A stretch of DNA of 28,952 bases from assembly GCA_030141605.1 (NCBI GenBank), contig JAQGDQ010001248.1, positions 23,428 through 52,379 of the forward strand, given 5' to 3'. This DNA is from Tubiluchus corallicola (lineage: Eukaryota > Animalia > Priapulida). The notes under the pieces are model-generated. The model saw nothing but the letters and a program-made list of their open reading frames with translations. It had not been told where the DNA came from and did no database searches. Below are positions 1 through 12,993 of the stretch, piece by piece. Every line of letters begins with the position of its first letter. The first letter of the stretch is position 1. Made by a program: the position numbers and the translations under genes.

Positions 1-590
1 TAGGAATAGGAATAGGAATAGGAATGGAAATGGAAAAACAGAAATAGCGATAGAAACAGAAACAGAAACAGAAGCAGAAATAGAAAGAGAAGGACAAACA
101 GAAATAGAAACAGAAACAGAAACAGAAAAATTAAAAGAAAAAGAAAAAGAAAAAGAAAAAGAAAAAGAAAAAGAAAAAGAAAAAGAAAAAGAAAAAGAAA
201 AAGAAACAGGAACAGAAACAGAAACAGAAGTAAAAATAGAAATAGAAATAGAAATAGAAATAGAAGTAGAAGTAGAAGTAGAAGTAGAAGTAGAAGTAGA
301 AGTAGAAGTAGAAGTAGAAGTAGAAGTAGAAGTAGAAGTAGAAATAGAAATAGAAATAGAAATAGAAATAGAAATAGAAATAGAAATAGCAAAGAAATTA
401 AAATAGAAAGATAAGCAGAAACAGGAAGAGGAAGAGGAACAGAAAGAGAAGTAGAAACAGAAACAGAAACAGAAATAGAAATAAAAATAGATATAGAAAA
501 AGAAGTAGAATTAGAAAGAGAAACAGAAAGAGAAGTAGAAAGAGAAGTAGAAAGAGAAGTAGAAACAGGAACAGAAACAGTAATAGAATA
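1..590. repeat. Compound hexanucleotide microsatellite (AGGAAT/AGAAAC/AGAAAA/AGAAAT/AGAAGT)
   Basis: Direct inspection. Confidence 0.95.
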
Positions 591-988
591 GCAGTAACAT
601 ACAGTTAGAAACAGCATGAGGAACAGCGTGAGATATTAGTCTATGAAAATACTGTGTTTTACTGTTTATTAGGTCTATGTTTACAGTAATTATGGTTATT
701 ACTGTTTTTCAGTTCATTTTCCATGCTGTCGTATCAAGAGGTCACTGCAATTACAGTAATTATAGGGCGCGTGAGTCAGATTTTTGCATAATTTATGTAA
801 GTTTGTGCATGAAAAGTGAGATGTGACACACTTGTTGACAGAGAATTTACTTGTCTGTAAAAGTTAAAGTATTTTGTTTAGCTGCAAAACAGGGAAATTC
901 GGTCACGTGACTTGAGAAAATAATTTAAGTAGTACTTACGTCGCACTCTAATATAACATGTTATTAGTTATATAACTTATAATACATT

Positions 989-1359
989 TATATTATATTA
1001 TATTATATTATATTATATTATATTATATTGTATTGTATTGTATTGTATTGTATTGTATTGTATTGTATTGTATTGTATTGTATTGTATTGTATTGTATTG
1101 TATTGTATTGTATTGTATTGTATTGTATTGTATTGTATTGTATTGTATTGTATTGTATTGTATTGTATTGTATTGTATCGTATCGTATCGTATCGTATCG
1201 TATCGTATCGTATCGTATCGTATCGTATCGTATCGTATCGTATCGTATCGTATCGTATCGTATCGTATCGTATCGTATCGTATCGTATCGTATCGTATCG
1301 TTTCGTATTATATTATATGATATGATATGATATCATATCATATCATATCATATTATATT
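989..1359. repeat. Compound pentanucleotide microsatellite (TATTA, TATTG, TATCG, TATGA, TATCA)
   Basis: Direct inspection. Confidence 0.97.
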
Positions 1360-1361
1360 AA

Positions 1362-2535
<1,174 letters not shown>

Positions 2536-2742
2536 CTGCGACAAGGTTCTTCCTTTCAACATGACTGAGAACAAAGCCTTTTAGTGGAACTGTCCTTCAC
2601 GATTTTTGATTTCGGGCATTTTGTACGATAACCTAAAACCTTCCAGAAGGTGGCAACTTTATAACAACATATCTTTGAGTAAATTTTTAAATTCGGACAT
2701 TTCCCGCGACCACTTATGACCATTGAAAGTTCTCCTTCTTAC

Positions 2743-2947
2743 CACAATGACTGAGAATAAAAGCTTCGTCTTCAAGTCGTCCGACTCGTCCATCTCTTGC
2801 AGGTTGTCGAGCGCCTGCAGGGCGTCCATCCTCGACTCCATGTAAATGTCCGCATAGCGCCGGATGAGGTGCGTCGGTCGCTCCTCCCTCCTCGCCTCTC
2901 CCTTTATGTCCATCTCCAAAAGTTTCCTCCTCGTCTGTTCTGTCAGC
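2743..2947 (-). CDS. Internal exon (205 nt, phase 2-0) of a MIEAP/SPATA18-like protein: LTEQTRRKLLEMDIKGEARREERPTHLIRRYADIYMESRMDALQALDNLQEMDESDDLKTKLLFSVIV
   Basis: Strong acceptor cccttttctctttttgttcag|, donor GTG|GTAAGA, GC-rich codons. RPTxLIRRYxxxYxxxRxDxLxALD...LKxKLLFSVIV after a coiled coil resembles, from memory, invertebrate MIEAP-domain proteins. Exon is secure; family call needs an HMM search. Confidence 0.8.
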
Positions 2948-3164
2948 CTGAACAAAAAGAGAAAAGGGCTTTAGTTTCTGCGTATATTCAAACAAATTAT
3001 CCTGTCAAATTGCTTGTACTAGGAACGATAATTGCTGGGATAATCTAGGAAGTGGCTACTGGCTAGTTTTCCCCAATGGTTTGTTATCGTGGGGGCTCAA
3101 GGACCAATCAAGTGTTACAACAATAACTTTTTATTTGCATACTGTCGTGTGTCTTGGTTTGGTG

Positions 3165-3760
3165 GCCGGTTGGGTGGCTAGTTAGTTGCTAGATTGATTG
3201 AACGGTTGGTTGTTTGGTTGGTTGATTAGCTGGTTGGTTAGTTGGTAGGTTGTCGGGTGGTTAGTTGGTTGATTGGTAGGCTGTTGGTTAGTCGGTCGGT
3301 TGGTTGGTTGGTTTTATAGATGGCTGGTTAGCTACTTGGTTGGTTAGCTGGTTGCTTAGCTGGCTGGTTAGCTGGCTGGTTAGGAGGTAGGATAGCTGAT
3401 TAGTTGGTTGATTTAATAGTTGCATTTTTTGTTAATTCACATATTTGTCTTTTGTTCAATAATTCATCTATTTATTCACTTATTTATTCAGTTATTCGTT
3501 CATTTACTCATTCGTTCGTTCGTTCGTTCATTCATTCATTCATTCGTTCGTTCGTTCTTTCGTTCATTCCTTCATTCATCCAATGACTCACTCCTCCAAT
3601 CATTTATTCATTCAGGTACTTATATTTCCATTCATTCATTCGTTCGTTCGTTCATTCATTCATTCATTCATTCATTCATTCGTTCGTTCGTTCATTCATT
3701 CAATGACTCGCTCCTCCAATCATTTATTCATTCAGGTACTTATATTTCCATTCATTCACT
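3165..3760. repeat. Degenerate tetranucleotide repeats (TTGG/TAGC then TTCA/TTCG) with an internal 120-bp-period duplication
   Basis: CAATGACTC.CTCCTCCAATCATTTATTCATTCAGGTACTTATATTTCC at 3581 and 3701. Confidence 0.9.
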
Positions 3761-3853
3761 CGTCCACGTACCTAAAATTTTGCATTGTTTTAAACGAGAT
3801 TTTCTCACAATATTTAGACAGTGAGTCATGATTTAGACGGTTATGATTTTTGA

Positions 3854-4067
3854 ATCACAAATTGCAAAGCCAGAACAGCCACGTACAATAACACGTTGAA
3901 CTTATTGCAATTTCCAGACGTTTCACGTGTAAACTGTACACATTCTCACTTACGTGCAGCACGTATGCACCAGAATGTGTATAGCATGTACATGAAACGT
4001 CTGGAAATTGCAATAAGTTCAACGTGTTACTACTGTACGTGGTTGTTCTGGCTTGGCAATTTGTGAT
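3854..4067. repeat. 214-bp imperfect palindrome / foldback (MITE-like)
   Basis: ATCACAAATTGC...TTCCAGACGTTTCA pairs with TGAAACGTCTGGAA...GCAATTTGTGAT; pairing continues to a central TACGTGC-A-GCACGTA. Confidence 0.92.
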
Positions 4068-4453
4068 CTCACTGAGGTTACCCATCAATTTTAGTTCATG
4101 TGTTTCTTTCTTTTTCGTATTATTAAAGGGGATGGAAAGGCAATTTCGGACTATGTGACAATTTGTTTATTATAGTGGTTAAAGCTGCTTGTTGATTATT
4201 GTTGTTTATTGCGTGGCGTGTGAAGTAACCATGATGGGCATGGCAAACTATAAACTACACATTTGTTAAACAACAACCACAACACGGTTTATATAAGAAG
4301 ATAGTAATGCCAGCCCTCCATCTTCTAGTCAGTTCCTAATCTCTCCCTCGGGGAGCGGGACTCAAAACACTTTTGTCTAACGACCTAATGCGCCGTGAGC
4401 TTCTGCGCATAAGGATTACATCATCAATCTTTACTTCCTATTGCATAAACTAG

Positions 4454-4885
4454 CTAGGGTAGTTATGTTTGATAAATTAAATGCAATACTTCTGCTCGAA
4501 AACCTTAATATAGCTATCTTAGGAAATAATGATCTGTTGAAGTTGTTATTCGGTAAAGATGAATTTAACTATGTTACTAACTGTAAAATATTCCAATGCA
4601 TACGCGACTTTATATTATGTACTAAACGCTTCCAGTAGTTTCTATCTGATATAAAATGCATCATTCTTAAATAATCGTACATTAATATTTACTAACCGTC
4701 ATTTTCTACTGCTGTCTAATGTATCACTGTAGTAAAACTTTAGTATACTAAAGTATACTAAAAACTAAGTATAGTCTATTCTTACTGTTAAATGTTCTTG
4801 TAAATAGTGTATAAAGTCTGTTGTGGTGAGGATGTTGTACAAACTGTCTAATCCAATCCTAAACAAATCATGTTTAAACTAAATA
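4454..4885 (+). mobile_element. 5'-truncated non-LTR retrotransposon 3' end (CR1/L2-like), family A
   Basis: Encodes ...LLKLLFGKDEFNYVTNCKIFQCIRDFILCTKRFQ*, a typical LINE ORF2 C-terminus, plus 3' UTR; homologous to 6863-7598 on the other strand. Confidence 0.8.
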
Positions 4886-5579
4886 ATCTTTACTTCTGAG
4901 TCAGCCGGTCGAACATCAGCTGGTCACGTGATGCCACACGTAACTAGGGTTCTATCCACGACGATAGTCGTCAGGCACTTAATCTTGAATTACTAATTTA
5001 AGAATTTAATCGCCAGTTTAATCGAAATCACTTTTTAAAACGGCTTTGCTTTACCCCAGAAAACATACTGTACAAAGCTATATTGCTTTAACATTACTCT
5101 TACCCGTTCGAAAAACTCGTGGACCTTAGAAGACAAAATTCTTAGTAATTTAAAATTTGTGCGCTGTGGGCAAGCAAATAGGGGGGAGAGCTGGTACCGA
5201 ATTAAAGTTTGCCCAAAACTATTAAGCCTGTTAGCTTTTACAATCAAAGAATCAAACAACACAATCAGTAACAAGTCACGAGGAATTATATTATAACATC
5301 TATACTAGCAGGTACAATCACAGCATCAAATAACATAATTATTAGTAATACTAAAATACCACTATACTAAAACACAGCGAAACAATTAGCCTGGCTGGCC
5401 CACAGGTATACATGTTCAAGGTAGACCTGTGTTACACAGCTTAAATACAGAAAACTAGAACACTATTAATGTAAAAGGTCATTAAGAAGCTAAGAAGTAC
5501 AGTAAGATTAGAGGGGAATTTAAGCTATTTCAATGCTATATCAAGCCTGAAAAAGGAGGGAATGAGATGAAAAAATTAT

Positions 5580-5582
<3 letters not shown>

Positions 5583-5641
<59 letters not shown>
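5583..5641. repeat. (GA)n microsatellite
   Basis: Direct inspection. Confidence 0.97.
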
Positions 5642-5644
<3 letters not shown>

Positions 5645-6034
5645 GCAAGAAGACAAACAATGTAATATTCTCAAGTCAAGTTAATCAAACGCGAAGTAAT
5701 TATGAGAAGAACTTCGCAACATGCGCCACGCGTTAAAACGTTACTGACTCACCTTCCAGTGAGCACGGCTCACTCACCAAAAAACGTGTTATTGATCTTT
5801 TATTGGCAATGTAAAGTAACTTAAACTTTTGCTAAGTTAATGGTAAGTCTGATACGAATGTTTCGATTATTTTTTTCAAACTTTGCGCAATGTTAAGTAA
5901 GCTTGTTTCAAACGATGTATTGTCAAATGGCTGCACTTAACTGTCATATTTTTAATAGTTTCAAGTTTTAATAATTATTAATAAAATTCTTTATTGAAAA
6001 TGATACAATAAACCCTCTAAGTTAATTTAATTTC

Positions 6035-6431
6035 AAGTTTTGTAGAGCGTTGTTGCTAACGCAAGCTCTATGTGCAGTAAGAACATCTATAAATCATATA
6101 AAATCGAGTTGATATATAATTTCAAGTCGAATTTTTTACTTCTGTGTAAGTAAACGGTTTTCTTTTGGTTTAACCTGTAGGCCCTAATCGAGTATAACAA
6201 AGAGGAGATAATGAACACTTAACGGTCGTCGCGAGAATTTAAACTTATAAGTTTTGTAGAGCGTTGCTGCTAATGCAAGCTCTATATGCAATAAGAACAT
6301 CTGTAACTCATATAAAATCGAGTTGATATATAATTTCAAGTCGAATTTTTTACTCCTCTGTAAGTAAACGGTTTGCTTTTGGTTTAACCTGTAGGCCCTA
6401 ATCGAGTATAACAAAGAGGCGATAATGAACA
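6035..6431. repeat. Tandem duplication of a 183-bp block (6035-6217, 6249-6431)
   Basis: AAGTTTTGTAGAGCGTTG...GATAATGAACA repeated at period 214 with several substitutions. Confidence 0.95.
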
Positions 6432-6862
6432 ACACACTCAAATAGTTATTCTCGTTACTTAAATTGCCTAATTGTTCAGTACACATATAGGTTAATTTGG
6501 TACTCCTCTGTACTAGGTATGACAAGATAAGAAAAACCTCGTGGTCTGAGAAATATCTTTACAGAAAAACAGGTTTTTTCTTCTTTATCTTGTTGATACC
6601 ATCTCCCACCACGAACTTCAGGTAGACCTTGATGTACAGCCGGTTAAAAAACACGCAGGACAAAACAGGCCCATTGAAAAAACAAAATAATATCCCACAG
6701 GATGTTTCCATTTCACAAATGCAAATTAAAGGAACTCCTTTTGGTGGATTTTGAGCGTGAGTTCAAGTAAGGGTAAAGGGGCAGTCTGCGGTCAAGCAAG
6801 TCTACTAAATGCCCTGTGAATATTATTGTTCTGAATGTTTGTAATTGTTGTTGTGGCATCGT

Positions 6863-7598
6863 TAATTTAGATTAAACATAATTTATTATAGGATTGGATC
6901 AGACAGTTTGAACAACATAATTTAGGATCCTCACCACAACAGACTTTATACACTATTTACAAAAACATTTACAGTAAGAATAGGCTATAGCTACACAAGC
7001 TGACAAGTTTTACTACAAGATTACATTAGACATTACTAATATTTACAGTAAGAATAGACTATAAGTACACAAGCTGACAAGTTTTACTACAAGGTTACAT
7101 TAGACATTAGTAACATTTACAATAAGAATTGGCTATAACTACATAAGCTGATAAGTTTTACTACAAAATTACATTAGGTATTAGTAACATTTACAGTAAG
7201 AATAGACTCTACCTACACAAGCTGACAAGTTTTACTACAAAATTACATTAGACATTAGTAGAAAATGACGGTTAGAAAATATTAATCTACGAATATTTAA
7301 GACTGATGCATTTCATATCAGATAGAAACTACTGGGAGCGTTTAGTACGTAATATAAAGTCATGTTTGCATTGGAATATTTTACAGTTAGTAACATGGTT
7401 AAATTCATCTTTTCCGAAAAATAACAACTTCAACAGATCATTTGTACCTAAGGCAGCTATATTAAGGTTTTCAGGCAGAAGTATTTGATTTAGTTTATCA
7501 AACATAACAACCCTAGTTTGTTGATACAATGGGCAGTGCAACAAAAAGTGTTCAACAGACTCAAATCGAAATACACAGTTACAATTCGGCAATATTGG
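6863..7598 (-). mobile_element. 5'-truncated non-LTR retrotransposon 3' end, family A
   Basis: CNCVFRFESVEHFLLHCPLY CCHC-type knuckle through ...ILRTKRSQ*, and 3' UTR matching 4640-4885. Confidence 0.85.
6965..7260. repeat. 74-bp minisatellite x4 inside the LINE 3' UTR
   Basis: ATTTACA(G/A)TAAGAAT recurs at 6967, 7041, 7115 and 7189. Confidence 0.92.
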
Positions 7599-7719
7599 AT
7601 GACCGTTGTGGCATCATTTCACTTGTGATGCCAGAATTTATTTTTTTTTGCAATTCTTCTACAAAGTGCCAGGAAATCAAATTCGAAGGTGTAAATAATG
7701 GGATATTGTACCAACATAA

Positions 7720-8089
7720 ATGAAAAACAGAACGAGAAAGGGAGAGAAATGGGGAGAAATGAATGAGAAAGGGGGAGAGACGCACAAGAGAGAGAGAAAT
7801 AGAGAGAGAAACAGAAAGACAGAGAGAGAAGAGGAGAGAGGAAGAGGGAGGGCGACAAACTGCAAGAGAAGAGTGAACGGAAGTGAAAGACGAGAAAGAG
7901 AGAAAGAGAGAGAAAAGAGAAAAAGGAGATCGAGACAGAAAAAGAGAGAAAGAGAGAAAGGAAAGAAAGAAAGAGAGAGAGACAGACTGAAAAAGAGAGA
8001 GAGGGCAAGAGACATAAAGAAATGGGGAGAGAGAGAAAAAGAGGGGAGAAAGAGAGAAAGGAGAGAGAGAGCGAGAGAGAGAGAAAGAG

Positions 8090-8134
<45 letters not shown>

Positions 8135-8295
8135 AAGAGACATAAAGAAAAGGGGAGAGAGAAAGAGAGAGGGAGAAAGAAAGAGAGAGAGAAACAGACT
8201 GAAAGAGAGAAAGCAAGAGACAGAGAGCAAAGGGGAAAGAGAGAGAAAGAGATGGAGGAAAAAACAGGAGGAAAAGAAAAAGTGGAAGAGAGAGG
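7720..8295. repeat. Purine-rich degenerate (GA)n tract
   Basis: Direct inspection; source of the poly-SL and poly-ER ORFs. Confidence 0.95.
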
Positions 8296-8506
8296 GTTGC
8301 TGTTTCTCTATCTATGTTCGCTAGCTCTCAAGCTAAATTATCCAACAGTTTTAACAGCATATAATTCTTCACGTGCACGATAGCGAAATTTCATAAATAT
8401 CTTTCACCGAACCTTTTTAATTCACGTACATTTCTGCTTTCACGTAGTGCCTTCACTTTAAGCATTCAAAGCGTTCAGTTATACACATAATTTTGATAAT
8501 ACTTAC

Positions 8507-8589
8507 TTATTAACAAGCATCTCTTCCTTGTGCTGAAGTTTAAGAATCACATCTTTCGATTTGCTAAGCTCTCCCCTCAGGTAATCGAT
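8507..8589 (-). CDS. Internal exon (83 nt, phase 0-2), coiled coil IDYLRGELSKSKDVILKLQHKEEMLVN
   Basis: Acceptor tcttgcag|, donor TAA|GTAAGT; terminal AA plus first G of the 2947 exon gives Lys; heptad pattern continuous across three exons. Confidence 0.9.
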
Positions 8590-8933
8590 CTGCAAGATTA
8601 TCGAAATTTTTAATGAATCAATTTATTATACCGTATATACATCAGATTAGCTTTTACTAACCTGATCAGAGATGGTTTTATACTAAATAATTGTTAATTT
8701 AGGCCCGCTCGAGTATACAAAAATAAATTATGTAGGTGTATAAAGTTAATTCATGTGTATAATACCTGCGAATCATTTGAAATTAAATTTAATTTAAGTA
8801 TAACATGTTATTCGTTGTACATAGTGTGAAACTGGAAATATTTAAAAGATTTGTTGTATGAAAATGTAATATGTTGATCTGAGCCTGCAAAAAGAGGCAC
8901 CTTTTTGTATATATGTTCATTTCTTGAATAAAG

Positions 8934-8967
<34 letters not shown>

Positions 8968-10419
8968 GTTATTATTATTATGTACAAGTCGGCCTTATTT
9001 ACAAGTGGATGTGCATTTTAAGACCAAAAATTGGATCATTTTATATATTACCTGTGTACAAATCCACCCTATAATATTAAGATCTTCCAGAGTAGATGAT
9101 GTGGTTCATCACCTTCCCATTTGAAGAAAAAAATAATTTACTAAAATTAATATTGTATTTTATATACGCGTGTATGCTGGTAATCAATATTTTGCCAATA
9201 AAACGCGCATATACAAGGCCGTGTAAAACTTTCCGCGGAAGCCGACAGGCGGCAGCACCTGCACAACATTGGCGGGTTTCCATGTTCTGTTCGAGTGCTC
9301 CGTCGCTAGTTTATTTACCGGTAATATATAAATTTTAACTGAATTTCACATACATTAAAATAAATTACAGTAATATTTGTTAATTTTGTGAAGCAATGTC
9401 AAGATGCGAACATTCTCTGATGTAAAGTATCTCAGTATGAGTGTTCATTCAGTCCAGGGTATAATGAAGGATTATTTCTTTACATTGTAGACGACTTTTT
9501 AGCGACATCACCCAAAAACATATCGTAAGTATAAGTTGACCCCAAAAATTTGACCTTAAAATCGCTTCCCAAAAATTCGACTAGTACATAAGCATATACG
9601 TTTAGTTATATCATATTTCATTTGGTAATCACAATTACAAATCACACAGTACAGGCACCGGTTATAAAGATACAATTACACACATATACAGCGCTACAAA
9701 AAACCTCTACCACGTTATCAAGAACACGATTACGCAAGTCAAACTCAACAATTTAAACCAAAGACACAGCATCAAACCTTGATGTATAAACCCAATGGTA
9801 CAGCATAGCAAAGATCCCAGTACTGTGACGTAATACAGGGTGACGTAATACAAAATAACTAAGGGCGAGCATTCACTTGCACAAAGCGAACCCGAATCTC
9901 GGCATTTCGAATCCGAATCGATTTCGAATTGAATTTGAACGATTTTCGAACAAGTTTTCGAACCACTAACAAAAAGTGATTTTACAAAGATTGTGCATAT
10001 TGCTTGATTTCTCGTTCTGCAGTAGAATCACTATCAGTTTGTTAAAAAACTTGCACAGAAACTGCAGCTAAATTGCACTAATTGTGTAATGTTTCAAACA
10101 TTTTAATGATAAGGAATGTACGTGGTTGGAGCACAGATTTATTCGAATCTATAGTTTTAAGTGCTCACTGCTCACCCCAATGGAATGCCCTTACGCTGGT
10201 CCTATAGGCTCCTATGCAGCACTTTTTCGCTGCCGGGGAACATGGGCTTAATAATAACAAACCTCCGCACCCCGTACAATGTTTATATTTATAACCCGGT
10301 GACCTAGCAGTTTTGTATTCACTGACTAAATGATTGACTCAATTTTGAGAAACACGAAAATTAAACGCTAAAAAGTTTTTTAAGCGTCCTCAGCTTTAAA
10401 ATGAGTTAGTTAAAGTCGG

Positions 10420-10491
10420 AGGATGACGATGACGATAATGATGCTTTGATGATGATGATGATGATGATGATGTTGAAGCTGATGTTGTTGT

Positions 10492-10576
<85 letters not shown>

Positions 10577-10641
10577 GATGAAGATGATGATGATGATGAT
10601 GATGATGAAGATGATGAAGATGAAGATGTTGATGATGATGT

Positions 10642-10726
<85 letters not shown>

Positions 10727-10826
10727 GATAGTTAGAGTAATCATGAAAAGATGGCAATGGTGACGATTACGAAGATGGTGGTGATGAAGGTGACCATGAT
10801 GACAATGGCAACGGTTATGATGATGA
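10420..10826. repeat. (GAT)n microsatellite
   Basis: Direct inspection; source of the poly-M/H/I ORFs. Confidence 0.97.
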
Positions 10827-11722
10827 CTATAGCCCACACATCCGTAGGCTTCAGTAAACTTACTCTACGAAACTGTTTCTAACCATCACCGTTTCCTTAC
10901 AAAGTCAGGCATTTCTATAAACATGGCTGCCTGCTTATTATTCACAGAGATAGACAAATTTTGCTGCATTCTTGTTTCAGCAACTGGACAAGATTGTCTT
11001 TGGCTAGCTACTCGGTGGATGAGAGGTCAGGGTTTCCTCACCACAAAGACAAGTTTGTCATTTTTTGCTACAATATCTACAGCACTAAAAGAGTGTCTTT
11101 GCTAAAAATAAACTTTTCCGAAACAAAGCTGTAAACGTACAGCAGCGTTTGCTATTTTTTATGCCATCCGTGACAGAATGACAGACAGGCCCTTTGTACA
11201 AATGAGAATACAACGTCGGTGACGTATTGATTTCGGAGTTTTTCAGAGACCAGTCGCCTGTCAGTTTCAGGGGCTGCGAGTGAATGAGTGCTTTTTAACG
11301 TTCGTTCATTTAGAACTCTCTTTTGTTTTGTGTGATAAACGCGTTGTTAGAACGTTATAAAACTATTTATTTCGCAAGGTCATGCGCCATTAGCCGTGTT
11401 CTTGAAAATAATGCTAATTAACCTTCGAAAACAAAGATGGCAAAGCTACAGTATCTCTGGTACGCGTGCTGTAGAAGCAAATGTTTTTGTGGTTTTTTGT
11501 CAATGTACAGTCCTGCGCATACAACAGATTATAAAATTTGTGTTAGAACATGGCGCCCATCGTAGTCACCAGTGATATTAAAAGGGATAATTGTAATTAT
11601 TTTCTAACTTATTATAATAATGTTCATGCTGGTCCCTGCAAATAGAGGGAATTCATGTATATTATGTATGTATTTATGTTAATATATATAATAAAATAGA
11701 GTTATTATAATAATAATAATAA

Positions 11723-11728
11723 TCTCTC

Positions 11729-11786
<58 letters not shown>

Positions 11787-11846
11787 CTCTCTCTCCCCCC
11801 TCTCTCTCTCTCTCTCTCCCTCTCTCCCTCTCCCCCCTCTCTCTCT
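11723..11846. repeat. (CT)n microsatellite
   Basis: Direct inspection. Confidence 0.95.
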
Positions 11847-12027
11847 GCGCACGCGTGGAATTTAAGTCTAAATTTAACCCTTTTAAATCAGCAGTCCATA
11901 GATAAACAATTTAATTCAATATTCTAATAAAATGAATTCGTATTTCATAAATCAGATTTTACTATAAGAGGCGTAATATGCTATCTCATAGCAGAACATA
12001 ATCTTAAGCAATGTCATGTTAACTTAC

Positions 12028-12140
12028 CTGGCTTTTCAACGATGTCAGCTCATTGTTAAAGTTGTTAGTCACATTCGTGGACGTAGTGATGCTGGGAATT
12101 CCCACAGGACTGCTCGGACTTCCGGTTCCTGACCTTGAAC
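12028..12140 (-). CDS. Internal exon (113 nt, phase 1-0), SRSGTGSPSSPVGIPSITTSTNVTNNFNNELTSLKSQ
   Basis: Acceptor ttcattag|, donor CAG|GTAAGT, open frame that runs in phase into the coiled-coil exon at 8589. Confidence 0.88.
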
Positions 12141-12235
12141 CTAATGAATAAGGTCAAATGTCATACATAATTTGGAGCTGACAAAGACTAAAACGATTAA
12201 CGTTTGTATATGTGAGTAAGATGCTGAGCAGTTTG

Positions 12236-12347
12236 AAGCAAAACCGGACCCAATCTTAAACTGTACGTCAAAACAATCTACTCTTTAAAATATTGAAAGG
12301 AAACATACTATTTTTTTCAAAAATGAGTTTCGTGAAAAAATTGTTAA
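12236..12347. repeat. Dispersed repeat family C, short copy
   Basis: CCAATCTTAAACT..ACGTCAAAACAATCTACTCTTTAAAATATTGAAAGGAAACAT shared with 12578-12795 and 24814-25015. Confidence 0.85.
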
Positions 12348-12577
12348 AATAAATAACTGAAAGTATTTTGTACACAAAAAATATTTAGAAAAAGTCATAG
12401 AAAAGGTTTACTGGGATGCGTATGGTAAAAGTGTAAAATGCAAAAAAAGGGATTTTTACCCCCCCCCCGGTGACCCTATAAGGGTTAACAAAAGGTTCGT
12501 TAGGGTACTTGGATAAACGTTCTTTTGTAATAGGTCCCTGCTGTTTGTAACTTTGACGTCAATGCTAAAATAGATAA

Positions 12578-12795
12578 AAGCAAAGCCGGGCCCAATCTTA
12601 AACTATACGTCAAAACAATCTACTCTTTAAAATATTGAAAGGAAACATTCTATTTTTTTCAAAAATGAATTACGTGAAAGAATTATTACCACAAAAATTC
12701 AATCTCGCGTTCGCGCCACTAGTTCTTCAATGTTACATGCAATTCGCCATTCTCTAGTTAGACGGGCACTAGCGCCTACATTTCGGAAACGCATT
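12578..12795. repeat. Dispersed repeat family C, long copy
   Basis: Aligns with 24814-25015 over ~200 bp through GGGCACTA.CGCCT.CATTTCGGAA, same orientation. Confidence 0.85.
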
Positions 12796-12993
12796 GCTCA
12801 AAAAAACAAGTGCTTTATTGTTACTTTTTATCGGACTTGAAAATAGGGTAGTATATGAAAAATCATCCTCTCTTTCTTTAACGTTTCAAAAAATTCATTA
12901 CAAATCTAGGAAATTAGGCAGATAAAAATGAACGGTTGGCAATCCGGTAGCACGTGGGCTTACAAAATCAAACTCAGGCCGTGACAGGTGAAT

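Noticed and set aside
934-950. Minus-strand GTAAGT donor with a possible 8-nt microexon
   Set aside because: Weak acceptor abutting a microsatellite and no resemblance to an expected continuation; next true exon probably lies outside the window.
2545-2580. ATGACTGAGAA match to the 3' end of the 2743-2947 exon
   Set aside because: Only an 11-bp exact match with loose flanks; cannot be distinguished from chance.
5747-5800. Two consensus minus-strand GTGAGT donors as a coding exon
   Set aside because: For the 5752 donor the frame needed to join the 2947 exon has a TGA five codons upstream and no clear acceptor; a non-coding exon cannot be excluded.
9520-9965. Tc1/mariner-like end (9524-9600), paired TGACGTAA sites (9826, 9841) and CGAAT-rich cluster (9885-9962)
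   Set aside because: Suggestive of decayed DNA-transposon termini or CRE-like sites but too short and degenerate, with no paired ends or TSD.
10406-10837. Poly-His, poly-Met and poly-Ile ORFs
   Set aside because: (GAT)n microsatellite inside an intron.
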